Source of the DNA: Nitrosopumilaceae archaeon
GTDB lineage: Archaea; Thermoproteota; Nitrososphaeria; Nitrososphaerales; Nitrosopumilaceae
Assembly: GCA_965207375.1 (NCBI GenBank)
Contig: OZ242274.1
Coordinates: 1,696,001-1,760,000 of the forward strand
Reading direction: 5' to 3'
Length of the DNA: 64,000 nt
Below, in pieces: positions 20,199 through 31,165 of this stretch (position 1 is its first letter; the number at the start of each line of letters is the position of its first letter). The notes beneath the pieces were generated by a model. It worked only from the letters and a program-made list of their open reading frames with translations, ran no database searches and was not told where the DNA came from. Both the position numbers and the translations under genes were made by a program.

Positions 20199-20483
20199 AT
20201 GAGAGATTTGTACTTTGTATGTTATGATGTAAGTGATCCACAAAGACTTGTTAAAACATACAAAAAAATGTGTGGATATGGAGATCCTGTACAATACTCT
20301 GTATTTGCTTGTGATTTAAACGACAAAGAGATCATATATCTAAAAGATGATCTTGGAAAAATTTTGAATTTTAGTGAGGATCGTGTGCTTTTTATCAATA
20401 CAGGACAAATATCAAAGAAAAATAAACAAATCACTACAATGGGTGTGCCACTTAAAAAGAGGGAGAACGTCGTTGTAGTTTAA
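20199..20483 (+). CDS. cas2: CRISPR-associated Cas2
   Basis: YFVCYDVSD...YGDPVQYSVF. Confidence 0.96.
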   Translation: MRDLYFVCYDVSDPQRLVKTYKKMCGYGDPVQYSVFACDLNDKEIIYLKDDLGKILNFSEDRVLFINTGQISKKNKQITTMGVPLKKRENVVVV

Positions 20484-20652
20484 TGCAAGAGGCCATGTGG
20501 CAAAACAGATATGCACAAACACTCGCAAAATCAATATATGGAAAAATAACAACGACATTTACGTATTCATATGAAAGGATGAATAGTGCTAGAAACAGAC
20601 AAGAGGTGTCGGATAACATAATAACCAACAATGATCTCGGCATCAAGTCAGG
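20484..20652 (+). promoter_or_regulatory. CRISPR leader
   Basis: Non-coding segment between cas2 and first repeat; degenerate repeat is at the opposite end of the array. Confidence 0.7.
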
Positions 20653-23369
20653 ATTTCCGTAACGAAAAAGTTACGGCCCCATTGAAGCATTTTTAGAAAG
20701 TAATTTTTTAATTTCCGTAACGAAAAAGTTACGGCCCCATTGAAGCAGAGGATACAAAATATTTTCTAGTGGCTTAACTGGTATTTCCGTAACGAAAAAG
20801 TTACGGCCCCATTGAAGCTTTTTAATGTCGGTATATAGTAATAATGCTAAATCTTCATTTCCGTAACGAAAAAGTTACGGCCCCATTGAAGCAGTGCCAT
20901 TGGTACTAACCACTATATCGGTAGATTCATTTCCGTAACGAAAAAGTTACGGCCCCATTGAAGCATCGGTGACTTAGCCGAAATTTATAACGCCAATAAT
21001 CAAATTTCCGTAACGAAAAAGTTACGGCCCCATTGAAGCATTGGAGCAATCCAGGACGCCGTAAAGGACGGTAAAATTTCCGTAACGAAAAAGTTACGGC
21101 CCCATTGAAGCGGGTATAGTTTCCCCTGTCTTGGGGTGAATAAAGCCATTTCCGTAACGAAAAAGTTACGGCCCCATTGAAGCTATGTTATGCATTAGGT
21201 TATTGAGCTGGCAATCGGTGATTTCCGTAACGAAAAAGTTACGGCCCCATTGAAGCGTGTATTTGCCATGTTGAAATACGGCTCGAAAAAAACCTAATTT
21301 CCGTAACGAAAAAGTTACGGCCCCATTGAAGCAATATCAAAAACACACATGGGGATTTTTGGTGGTGCAATTTCCGTAACGAAAAAGTTACGGCCCCATT
21401 GAAGCAGATCAATATTCTCTTGTTTTACCTCGGAATATAGCTATTTCCGTAACGAAAAAGTTACGGCCCCATTGAAGCCAAAATTATCTGTAAAACCAGA
21501 AACTGAATCAAAGCCATTTCCGTAACGAAAAAGTTACGGCCCCATTGAAGCTAAGCCCTTAATGATATTTCTACCGTGATTGATTGCAATTTCCGTAACG
21601 AAAAAGTTACGGCCCCATTGAAGCGAGAATCGTGCGTATCTGATGCGAGGTTCTGGTATCATATTTCCGTAACGAAAAAGTTACGGCCCCATTGAAGCAG
21701 CTCTTTGTTCTCTTCTTTGACTTCACTATATAGCGATTTCCGTAACGAAAAAGTTACGGCCCCATTGAAGCGAAGTCGATTCTCAAAACCTGCTAAGGAT
21801 TGTTCATATTTCCGTAACGAAAAAGTTACGGCCCCATTGAAGCGAGTTTGTTGATATTACATAGCAGTCCACTATGGCTAATTTCCGTAACGAAAAAGTT
21901 ACGGCCCCATTGAAGCTCTAAACCTCGATTAAATCCCTCTGCATCTAATGCCCATTTCCGTAACGAAAAAGTTACGGCCCCATTGAAGCCATGTATCATC
22001 TAGTATGTCTTGATACTCATACTCTATTTCCGTAACGAAAAAGTTACGGCCCCATTGAAGCGTTGGTTAAAAAATCTTGAACCATTGAGTTATTTGGAAT
22101 TTCCGTAACGAAAAAGTTACGGCCCCATTGAAGCGAGAAGATTTGGAAGTTTTGTTAAAAGTTACAAAAATTATTTCCGTAACGAAAAAGTTACGGCCCC
22201 ATTGAAGCTTAGAATCATGCGAGAAAGTCAAAGAGGTCTTAAAAATTTCCGTAACGAAAAAGTTACGGCCCCATTGAAGCTCATCCAAGCGTAAAAAGAA
22301 TATCACCATACAGTATATTTCCGTAACGAAAAAGTTACGGCCCCATTGAAGCTTTAACTGAGGGACACAAATATTTTGCTCAAATTAGATATTTCCGTAA
22401 CGAAAAAGTTACGGCCCCATTGAAGCTTGCGTTGTTTTCCAGCCCATATCAGCCACAAAAGCTATTTCCGTAACGAAAAAGTTACGGCCCCATTGAAGCA
22501 GTATGGAGTGATAAAAAAGATATGGCTCTATGTGGGATTTCCGTAACGAAAAAGTTACGGCCCCATTGAAGCGCTAATAGGTTTAATTCACCTACTACGC
22601 AAGTTTGCCATTTCCGTAACGAAAAAGTTACGGCCCCATTGAAGCTGATGACCCGTGTGTTGATGGCGTTACCAAATTACTAATTTCCGTAACGAAAAAG
22701 TTACGGCCCCATTGAAGCAGCTAAGGGGTTTAGCAGAAATAGAACCAAAAAAAAATTTCCGTAACGAAAAAGTTACGGCCCCATTGAAGCTTGTAGGCGT
22801 TATCTAGGTCTGGGTTTTCATGGACGGATTTCCGTAACGAAAAAGTTACGGCCCCATTGAAGCGAGCCACAATAGACGCATTGATAATTCAATAATTCTA
22901 ATTTCCGTAACGAAAAAGTTACGGCCCCATTGAAGCAAACACTAACGTTACAGCCACACCAGCGCAAATCACTATTTCCGTAACGAAAAAGTTACGGCCC
23001 CATTGAAGCAAGGGTCTTATTTAGGTTCAAAAATCTACCCTTCAAATTTCCGTAACGAAAAAGTTACGGCCCCATTGAAGCAATCAAATTGTTTCCGGCC
23101 TTGTATTCATCCATAAATTTCCGTAACGAAAAAGTTACGGCCCCATTGAAGCGGAATGAGGAGGAGGCTTATATCAATGTCCACGTCTATATTTCCGTAA
23201 CGAAAAAGTTACGGCCCCATTGAAGCCTTTAGACAGACCATCTGGTTCTACTCCGACCCCCCCATATTTCCGTAACGAAAAAGTTACGGCCCCATTGAAG
23301 GTTTCTGAATCTCTGTGCAGTACCCTCTCTAATATTATTTCCGTAACGAAAAAGTTATGATCTTGAAGC
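20653..23369 (+). CRISPR. CRISPR array, 38 repeats / 37 spacers, type I-G repeat
   Basis: 36-bp repeat ATTTCCGTAACGAAAAAGTTACGGCCCCATTGAAGC with hairpin ccgtaac/gttacgg; spacers 35-40 nt except the first (22 nt); last repeat degenerate. Confidence 0.99.
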
Positions 23370-23396
23370 ACATATGTTTTAATACTCATTAATCAT

Positions 23397-24614
23397 GTGA
23401 ACAATGTGCAAATTGAAGAGTTTTCAAGTATTGTAGATAATGCTAGCGCAATACGTCGTATCAGGAAACTGCAACCAGTTGGTGGTCAAGGAGATTACAT
23501 TTCACCACCAACATATTTAGACAATGAGAAACCAACACATGTTTTTGAAACACGTCGAATAAATAATAATAACATTACATGTGTCCTGTTAGATAGTGTA
23601 CAATCACAAGCTAACCGATTTGAGGAAGCTCTTCTTGCTGGAATAAGCTCGGATGAATTTCAAATTCCTAATGTAATGGTAGACTTTCAAAAAACATCAG
23701 TTCCTGATATTGGCGTTATTTCTACATTAAGTGCACCTCATCGCATATTTGATGCAATACTACGCGATTCAGAATTGAACGGAGAGTCTTTTTTGGACAG
23801 CGAGATTGGTAAAGCAGTAGAAAACTCAAATTCAACCAATGCTACAGATTTGTTTCGATATTCTCCCACAACCCTTATCTTTGGAGGTTGGAACTCCACG
23901 GGTAAAAGAGGGGGTAATGGTAATAAATTCCAACGATGTATTGTGTCGGAAATAATAGGGGTGAATGTGCCAGTACAACGTTTTAATGACACGAGCGGTA
24001 TTGAACAAATTATTCCTAGTGGTAAAAAGTCATCTAGTAGATTAGATCCGTTAGAAATAGAAAAAATGGATATTTTTAGACCAAAAACCATAAAAAGTGA
24101 TTGGTCACTTTCAAAAGATGAATATTATAACACAAAAACTAAACCGTCAGAGGTAAATCACGGTAATATTCCTCCAATGATTGTGGAACAGGGAGTTACA
24201 ATGGATTATGCAAAACAAGTGACAACGATCACACTTGCAGGGCTACGCCGTCTGCATTTTCCGAATTGTGATAATAATGAGGAAAAAGAGCGCAACGTGT
24301 CCGCATGGATGACTTTAACATCTATTGCTTTATGTGCTATAACACAACAAGACAAGATGGGTTATTCGCTACGATCTAGATGTGATTTATGTCAAGAAAA
24401 AAATAATATTGGATTTGAGGTGATTTACAGTGATGGTGATATCAAAGAGATAGAGATAACTCATAGCGATGCCAAAAGTTTATTGAAAGGTTCTGTAAGT
24501 CTTGCAAAAGAAAAAGGATTGGAATGGGAATCGCAACCTGTTAAACTTACACCGAAAGAAAAGATTGTTGATTTGATAGTAAAGTCACGAAATATAGAAC
24601 CTGACGATGAATAA
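23397..24614 (+). CDS. csb1: Type I-G Cas7 (Csb1/Cas7g)
   Basis: LQPVGGQGD..SPPTY, LLDSVQSQANRFE, APHRIFDA.LRDS, PSEVNHGNIPP and LRSRCDL motifs. Confidence 0.95.
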   Translation: MNNVQIEEFSSIVDNASAIRRIRKLQPVGGQGDYISPPTYLDNEKPTHVFETRRINNNNITCVLLDSVQSQANRFEEALLAGISSDEFQIPNVMVDFQKTSVPDIGVISTLSAPHRIFDAILRDSELNGESFLDSEIGKAVENSNSTNATDLFRYSPTTLIFGGWNSTGKRGGNGNKFQRCIVSEIIGVNVPVQRFNDTSGIEQIIPSGKKSSSRLDPLEIEKMDIFRPKTIKSDWSLSKDEYYNTKTKPSEVNHGNIPPMIVEQGVTMDYAKQVTTITLAGLRRLHFPNCDNNEEKERNVSAWMTLTSIALCAITQQDKMGYSLRSRCDLCQEKNNIGFEVIYSDGDIKEIEITHSDAKSLLKGSVSLAKEKGLEWESQPVKLTPKEKIVDLIVKSRNIEPDDE

Positions 24615-24653
24615 AATGACAGCCACATTTAATAAATTTAGGTAAAACTGCTA

Positions 24654-26195
24654 ATGTTTGCTCTAGAGATAGAATACTTGAATGGCGTTTCTTACGCAGC
24701 TAAAAATGAAAAAAATCATATTCCGGAGTGGCCGCCACATCCAGATAGAATATTCATGGCCCTTATTGATGCATGGGGTGAAACAAAGGAGGTTAAAGAA
24801 GCAGATGCGTTACGGTGGCTCGAAAAACAAGAACCACCAGATATTCTGTTTCCTTCAGCAAACCCTCGTCAAATCTTCCAAAATTTTGTGCCCACTTCCA
24901 GCAATGCGACAAAGGGACAGAAATATTTTCAGTCAAAATCAATCTATCAAATAACTTCCAGCATAAAAAGAAAACCCAGATATTTCCCAGCTTCAATATT
25001 GCCAGACAATGAACACACCGTATATGCAGTATGGGAAGATGTTCAACTGTCAAAAGAGAGTTATGATGTATTACTATCAGTCGTTAAACGAGTATATCGT
25101 ATTGGACATTCTGCATCACTAGTAAGGATGAATATAAAGATAAACAAGTTTGCTAGACCTAGCAACATATACACATATGATGAAAAAAATGGTAGTGTTT
25201 TTTTACGCTGTCCATATTCTGGACGGTTTGACGAATTAACAGATAGTTTTGAAAATAATACTATGAAAGAGGATAGTCAATGGAGACCAAATATAGCCAT
25301 AACGAGAGGATATCGTAATCCGCACAGTAGGATAATTCAGAGTAAAATGAGCAGTGACTGGGTTATACTTTCATGTAAGGGTTTTTTTACGAATTCACCA
25401 AATAGTAATGATTTACATGATAAAGTACAACACGTACCAAGTTTCACACCAGACATACGAGTATTTCCACATATAGCAAAAAAAATGAGAGATATGTTGA
25501 TGTCATACATAAGACCTGAATCAATACATGAGGTCATTTCTGGACACAGCACTAACGGCACTGTATTACAAAAACCTCACCTTGCCATATTGCCATTAGC
25601 TAATGTTGGATGGCAGAAATTTTCAGATGGCAGGCTTTTAGGTGTTGCTTTGGTACTTCCTAGAGATTCCACATATGGTACAGTAGAAAGGAGACAGCTA
25701 AAACAAGCCATCTCCAAGTTTTTGGAGAATAACTCGGATGTAAAAAAGCAGAGTCAAAGTACTGAAAATGGAATACTTAATGTGTCTGACATAGGGAAAC
25801 TAAAATTTTCAAACACCAATCAGGATAGAAGTTCATTGTCACCTGACAGATACGTGAGTAAAAGTAAGTCTTGGAACACCGTAACGCCATTAATACTAGA
25901 TCATTATCCAAAAAAAAATAAGAAACCAGAAGATATAGTGAGGACAAGTTGTGAAAACGTAGGACTTCCAAAACCCATATCAGTACATATTTCGCGACAT
26001 TCGAATGTTATTGGAGTGCCTCCGGCGTTTATTTCAGAGAAGGGTTGGAGATCACCAAAAAAAGGCCTGTTTGATAACAGGTTTGTATGTCATGCCTCGC
26101 TATCCTTTTCAGAGGATGTAGAGGGGCCCATAATCCTTGGTGCTGGAAGATATTATGGTTTAGGACTCTTCATTAAAGATAGAGGTGACGGATAA
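24654..26195 (+). CDS. csb2: Type I-G Csb2 (Cas5/Cas6 fusion)
   Basis: PEWPPHPDRIFMAL, W.TVTP.ILDHYP and GPIILGAGRYYGLG motifs. Confidence 0.95.
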   Translation: MFALEIEYLNGVSYAAKNEKNHIPEWPPHPDRIFMALIDAWGETKEVKEADALRWLEKQEPPDILFPSANPRQIFQNFVPTSSNATKGQKYFQSKSIYQITSSIKRKPRYFPASILPDNEHTVYAVWEDVQLSKESYDVLLSVVKRVYRIGHSASLVRMNIKINKFARPSNIYTYDEKNGSVFLRCPYSGRFDELTDSFENNTMKEDSQWRPNIAITRGYRNPHSRIIQSKMSSDWVILSCKGFFTNSPNSNDLHDKVQHVPSFTPDIRVFPHIAKKMRDMLMSYIRPESIHEVISGHSTNGTVLQKPHLAILPLANVGWQKFSDGRLLGVALVLPRDSTYGTVERRQLKQAISKFLENNSDVKKQSQSTENGILNVSDIGKLKFSNTNQDRSSLSPDRYVSKSKSWNTVTPLILDHYPKKNKKPEDIVRTSCENVGLPKPISVHISRHSNVIGVPPAFISEKGWRSPKKGLFDNRFVCHASLSFSEDVEGPIILGAGRYYGLGLFIKDRGDG

Positions 26196-29122
26196 TAACA
26201 TTAAGTATTAATGACTTTTCGAATTTTTTTAAGGAAGTTAATGGGGATCTGCCGTTTGAGTGGCAAAAAGAACTGGCAGAATATGTATTCAAGAATGGAT
26301 GTTGGCCACAAGTGCTAAACATGCCAACAGGCACAGGCAAAACCTCGGTGATTGACATAGCATTGTTTCACTTGGCTCTAGATGCATCACAAGAATCTGA
26401 ACGGACTGCACCTATGCGTATTGCATATGTAGTAGATCGACGATTGGTCGTTGATGATGCATTTGATCATGCATATGACATATACAATAAGCTACGAAAC
26501 CCAGAAAGTTCTAAAATGCAAGAAATTGCTGATAGTCTTAAAAAAATTTCATTCTCAGATAATCCTATTTTAGTAACAAAACTACGTGGCGGTATGGTTC
26601 AAGAAAGTGATTGGTATAAGACACCATCACAACCATTAGTTCTAGTATCTACGATTGACCAAGTTGGTTCAAGATTGCTATTTAGAGGATATGGCGTATC
26701 TGATTCTATGAAACCAATACACGCCGGGCTTCTTGGAACCGACATACTTTATATCATTGATGAGGCACACATGTCAAAGCCTTTCTTGGACACATTAAAA
26801 TCAATACAAAACATAAAACAGGAAAACAAATGGGTGGGAAGACTACCGTTTCAGTCCATATACATGAGTGCAACATTTGAAGAACAAAACAATGTGTTTC
26901 CTCCAGATGATCGTCGGAATCAACTATTAGCAAATGATGAGAGGTTAAAAGAACGTCTATCTGCACACAAGTATGTCGAATTAAAAAAAACAAAAGATGA
27001 ATATGGGCAAATTTCGGAGATTGTCAAGTCTGCATACAATCTTGCAAAACATGATAGTGTTAAGAGCATCGGGATTGTAGTGAATAGAGTAGATATCGCA
27101 CGTAAGGTATTTGATATCATAAAAGGGGAGTTGGGAAACAGATTGGAAACGGAAGTACATCTTTTGACTGGACGTTCGAGACCATTTGAGCGGGACACAT
27201 TCGTAAAACAAAAAATCACTCAGATCAAAAAAAATGATTACAAGAATGTAAAACAAATGTTTTTTGTAGCCACACAATGCATAGAAGTTGGAGTTGATCT
27301 GAGCTTTGATGCACTTGTAACTCAAATAGCTCCAGTTGATTCATTACGGCAACGATTTGGAAGGTTGAACAGATATGGTAAACTGAAAAGTGGTAGTGAT
27401 GCAGTGATAGTTGCTAGAGAAGAAGAGATTAAAAAGAACGCCGATGACATTGTCTACAAAAATGCCTTGGCACAAACATGGACATATCTGAAGCAAATGT
27501 CCAAAAGTAACAATGACAAAAAGATTGATTTTGGCATAAATTACTTTCCCAGCAATATGGAAAAACAAAATAACATGTTGGCTCCTCGTGCAAAATCTAT
27601 AACTTTGTTAAAACCATATCTGCATTTTTGGATGCAGACAAACCCACATCCAGATCCAGATCCAGATCCAGCACTATTCTTGCATGGATTGGAATCCAAA
27701 TCTGCAGATGTGCAGGTAATATGGCGCGCAGATATAACAGAAGACATGCTAATGTCAGATAAAAGCGAATTGCATACTAGCATGTTTATTATCGCACCAT
27801 CCCAGATCGAGGCAATATCATTACCAATATGGACTGTGAAGAAATGGCTTTCAGAACAATCTGAAAGTAGTCTAATTGCAGACATTGAAGGAATTCAAGA
27901 ATCAAACTATGTGACAGAAAGTGAGAACAACAGAAGACAACGAAAGGTCATACGATGGAGAGGTAAAAAATCAAATGAGACATGTAAGATAAGCGTAAAA
28001 GAAATAATTCCAGGCGATACAATAATAGTTCCTTCGACTTATGGTGGTTGTGATAAATATGGTTGGAATGCCAACAGTAAAAATCCAGTTCATGATATAG
28101 GCATGGAAGCCAATCTTGTCCATAGAAGATATCTTACCATGCGTTTTGACAAAAATGTGGTAATCCAAGCAAGTAATCAAAATACTTGGCAGACAGTTGA
28201 AAGATTGACAAAAAAATATGCAGATCTGAGTGATACAGTAGGATTCATAGATGAAATGAAGAAAATAGATGAATTCCCACCATTGTGGAAGAATATGTTA
28301 GATGAGATTAAGAAAAATCACAATAAAGTCAATTTAATCTCTGAAGAAGTTCAAGGCGAAGTTAGAATAATTGGATTGAGCTATAAAAAGAAGATCGAGG
28401 ATAAAACATTGCAAAAAATTTTTGAAGGACATATAATAGTGAAAAATTTTGAGGTTGCAAATTATCAACCTGTGACAGATGAAGAAAACGTACAACATAC
28501 CTATGGAAAAATATCTCTGAAGAGTCATTGCGAGGGGGTAAAAGAACACGTAAAAAAATTTGGTAGCGGAGTAGGGCTTGATGCCAGCATACTTGAAGAT
28601 ATAGAGTCTGCGGCATTTTTGCATGATGCTGGCAAGGCAGAAAAAAGAATACAGGCGTTTCTTCGCAGAAAAGATCCTGACGAGATGATCAAGTATGAGG
28701 ATGAACTTATTGCAAAAAGTGCCTATGATATAAAAAGTAAGAAAGAGTATGACAAATATCTCAAGTTAGCACATCTTCCAAAAGGCTACAGACATGAATG
28801 TTGGTCGGTGAACTTGGCAATAAATAGATTAGATAACATGAAGGTACATGACAGTGATCTAGTCCTGTATTTGATAGGAACACATCACGGATATGGCCGC
28901 CCATTTTTTCCTCAAGTAAATGATGATAGTGTAGAGCCTACACTGTTTACTTTTGATGATACTAGTGCAAAATCAGATTTTAATATAACACGTATTGATT
29001 CCGGATGGATCGAGAGATATGAACAATTGTATCACAGGTATGGTCCATGGAATCTTGCATATATGGAATCATTGTTACGCCTTGCAGATCATCGACAATC
29101 TGAAAAAGAGGCAAATGTATGA
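26195..29122 (+). CDS. cas3: Type I-G Cas3 (helicase with C-terminal HD nuclease); start codon uncertain
   Basis: PFEWQ, PTGTGKT, DEAH, QRFGRLNR; C-terminal LHDAGK, YRHE, THHG, LRLADH; frame open from 26189. Confidence 0.95.
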   Translation: MTLSINDFSNFFKEVNGDLPFEWQKELAEYVFKNGCWPQVLNMPTGTGKTSVIDIALFHLALDASQESERTAPMRIAYVVDRRLVVDDAFDHAYDIYNKLRNPESSKMQEIADSLKKISFSDNPILVTKLRGGMVQESDWYKTPSQPLVLVSTIDQVGSRLLFRGYGVSDSMKPIHAGLLGTDILYIIDEAHMSKPFLDTLKSIQNIKQENKWVGRLPFQSIYMSATFEEQNNVFPPDDRRNQLLANDERLKERLSAHKYVELKKTKDEYGQISEIVKSAYNLAKHDSVKSIGIVVNRVDIARKVFDIIKGELGNRLETEVHLLTGRSRPFERDTFVKQKITQIKKNDYKNVKQMFFVATQCIEVGVDLSFDALVTQIAPVDSLRQRFGRLNRYGKLKSGSDAVIVAREEEIKKNADDIVYKNALAQTWTYLKQMSKSNNDKKIDFGINYFPSNMEKQNNMLAPRAKSITLLKPYLHFWMQTNPHPDPDPDPALFLHGLESKSADVQVIWRADITEDMLMSDKSELHTSMFIIAPSQIEAISLPIWTVKKWLSEQSESSLIADIEGIQESNYVTESENNRRQRKVIRWRGKKSNETCKISVKEIIPGDTIIVPSTYGGCDKYGWNANSKNPVHDIGMEANLVHRRYLTMRFDKNVVIQASNQNTWQTVERLTKKYADLSDTVGFIDEMKKIDEFPPLWKNMLDEIKKNHNKVNLISEEVQGEVRIIGLSYKKKIEDKTLQKIFEGHIIVKNFEVANYQPVTDEENVQHTYGKISLKSHCEGVKEHVKKFGSGVGLDASILEDIESAAFLHDAGKAEKRIQAFLRRKDPDEMIKYEDELIAKSAYDIKSKKEYDKYLKLAHLPKGYRHECWSVNLAINRLDNMKVHDSDLVLYLIGTHHGYGRPFFPQVNDDSVEPTLFTFDDTSAKSDFNITRIDSGWIERYEQLYHRYGPWNLAYMESLLRLADHRQSEKEANV

Positions 29123-30039
29123 AAATCAAACTTGTAGGATTTGATCCACATAATCTTTTAGCGTTTTTAGCACTGTTGGGAATATTAAAAACACTAGAGG
29201 CATCAAGACCAGAATGGAATCCGCATATATCTTGGATAGATAACTCACCATATCTGCATTTAACATATGATGTAGACCGACATGAAATAGCAAAAGAGGT
29301 AACTGCAGGAATCATGAAAATAGGAAAAAATATGAAATTTGCACCTCATAAAAATTTGAAGATAAAGCCAGAAGAATTTGATGAATTACAAAAAAACATT
29401 TCAGAAGACATCATAATAGCACTAGGTTCTGATGGCATTTTACGCAAAGACAAAAAACATGTGGCATATCCACCCCTATGTATGATGTTGGGTTCAGGGC
29501 ATCAAAATTTTTTAGAAAGATTAGAGGATGCCACATCAATCAATGAAAATGAGTATGAAGAAAGAACAAAAAGGGTATACAATACCCTCTTTAATGAATG
29601 GAAATATAATGATGATACCAAGATAGGATTCAGATGGGATCCCAATGAATATCGCTCACATGCATATAGAGCATCTGATCCTTCTGACGATAATGTCACC
29701 ATAGAAGATGGAGCAAATAGATTGGCAGCAATAGGTTTTACAGTATTCTGGTCTGTTCCCACATTAAAAGGCCTCGAAGTGATTGGGTGTGTAGATTTGA
29801 TTGGTAGAGACAAAAAAATAATTTGGCCAATTTGGAAGAGAAAAATGTCTTTATCGGGAGTATTGTTCATAATGCGACACCCCCATATGAAAAAACTTCT
29901 TCGTAATAAAGAAAATACAGCAGATACCCGTAGGATTAGAATGAATATGTACGAGTATGGTATAGAATGTGTTATGGCGGCGGATATATTTTGGGCTGGA
30001 AAATTTCGCAATGTCCGATTTGGATCTAGAATAATGTGA
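29119..30039 (+). CDS. Type I-G large subunit, short Cas8g/Csb3-like
   Basis: LVGFDPHNLLAFLALLG, MLGSGHQNFL, FRWDP, ANRLAAIG; last gene of the operon. Confidence 0.75.
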   Translation: MKIKLVGFDPHNLLAFLALLGILKTLEASRPEWNPHISWIDNSPYLHLTYDVDRHEIAKEVTAGIMKIGKNMKFAPHKNLKIKPEEFDELQKNISEDIIIALGSDGILRKDKKHVAYPPLCMMLGSGHQNFLERLEDATSINENEYEERTKRVYNTLFNEWKYNDDTKIGFRWDPNEYRSHAYRASDPSDDNVTIEDGANRLAAIGFTVFWSVPTLKGLEVIGCVDLIGRDKKIIWPIWKRKMSLSGVLFIMRHPHMKKLLRNKENTADTRRIRMNMYEYGIECVMAADIFWAGKFRNVRFGSRIM

Positions 30040-30405
30040 GCAGTATGAAATGCTATTAGACTATTTGGACAGTAATGTTTCCATCCACAAGATACTAACC
30101 ACAAGATCAAATTAGAGGGTTTGGTTCTACTAGAGTCTTCACTATATCAAAGTGGGTTTTTCACAATCAACATATCTACTAGAGATTTCAAGCAGTGTAT
30201 GAGCTTGATTTTCGAACAAAATTCCCAGAATTCATTCAGCCATAAGATATTTTACACCTGCGGAATTTGCATCACAATGGGGGGAGACAAACAAATGAGC
30301 TCAACTGTATGGATGATCGTGTAAAAAATGGTATCATTTTATGTGGTCCACTCCAATTTTATGGGGTCTACTCCACTCGTCACATATAAAAAAGTAAAAG
30401 ATGAT

Positions 30406-30888
30406 CTAATCTAGATCATATGGTATTTTTTCTATCTTTGCCTTTATAGTTACAACGCCTGCAAGTTTGGCAAAGGCACGCTGCCTTGTGTCTCCAAATG
30501 CAATCATTCCTATAATTGCATCAATTGGCATCACAAATGACTTGCCAAAGTTACTAATCAGAATTTGCTGTATCGTAAGCTTGTCATCACCAGACGCATT
30601 TGCTATACAAAGTCCAAACAGCCTTTTTCCAACAGTATATCCTGTCAGCCATTCCAGTATCGTAAAGTATGCAAAAAACACAGAACTTGTCACAACCCAC
30701 CAGGCAAACATTTCTGAATTTGTCTCATCTGAGACCACAGTAGCATCTGAACCACCTACAAAGGCACCCATCAAAATTCCCACTATTAACATGTCTATCA
30801 GGTACGCAAAAAAGCGCCTTGACCATTTGCCAATGCGTGCATTTTCAAATGTCTCGTTTTCCATGAATATAGATATCAGTAATTGCAT
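30406..30888 (-). CDS. RDD family membrane protein
   Basis: RRFFAYLIDM and GYTVGKRLFGL motifs. Confidence 0.9.
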   Translation of the reverse strand: MQLLISIFMENETFENARIGKWSRRFFAYLIDMLIVGILMGAFVGGSDATVVSDETNSEMFAWWVVTSSVFFAYFTILEWLTGYTVGKRLFGLCIANASGDDKLTIQQILISNFGKSFVMPIDAIIGMIAFGDTRQRAFAKLAGVVTIKAKIEKIPYDLD

Positions 30889-31032
30889 TTATTTGTGCTA
30901 GCTAAACAAATAGTGACCTTTGATTTAAAAAACAAGATACGAAAGATTCTTCTGCTTTATCTGTTGGTCAAAGTCAATATGCAAATTTTCTCCGAATTGC
31001 CCGTGCCTAGATTACTGCCTGTACCAGCAGAT

Positions 31033-31102
31033 CAATCACACATTATCAAAGCAATCACACATTATCAAAGCAATCACACATTATCAAAGCAATCACACAT
31101 TA
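31033..31102. repeat. 19-bp tandem repeat, 3 full units plus a partial
   Basis: caatcacacattatcaaag x3 plus caatcacacatta. Confidence 0.95.
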
Positions 31103-31165
31103 GCAGAACATAATCTTCTCCGAGTTGTCACTGTTTCATCACACATGTAACTTTGACATTAGAGT

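Noticed and set aside
20965-21220. 7-nt overlap (atcggtg) between the end of spacer 8 and the start of spacer 5
   Set aside because: Too short to distinguish from chance without protospacer data
20653-23369. Self-targeting spacers within the window
   Set aside because: None noticed by eye; not exhaustive, needs short-word BLASTN
22067-23389. ORFs 22067-22309 and 23174-23389 on the minus strand
   Set aside because: Translations of CRISPR repeats and spacers
30040-30400. Extra cas gene or IS end after cas8g
   Set aside because: Only a weak 67-aa ORF and a 20-bp imperfect duplication; no recognisable motif
31033-31102. Mini-CRISPR interpretation of the 19-bp and 33-bp (50737-50820) repeats
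   Set aside because: Head-to-tail units with no unique spacers
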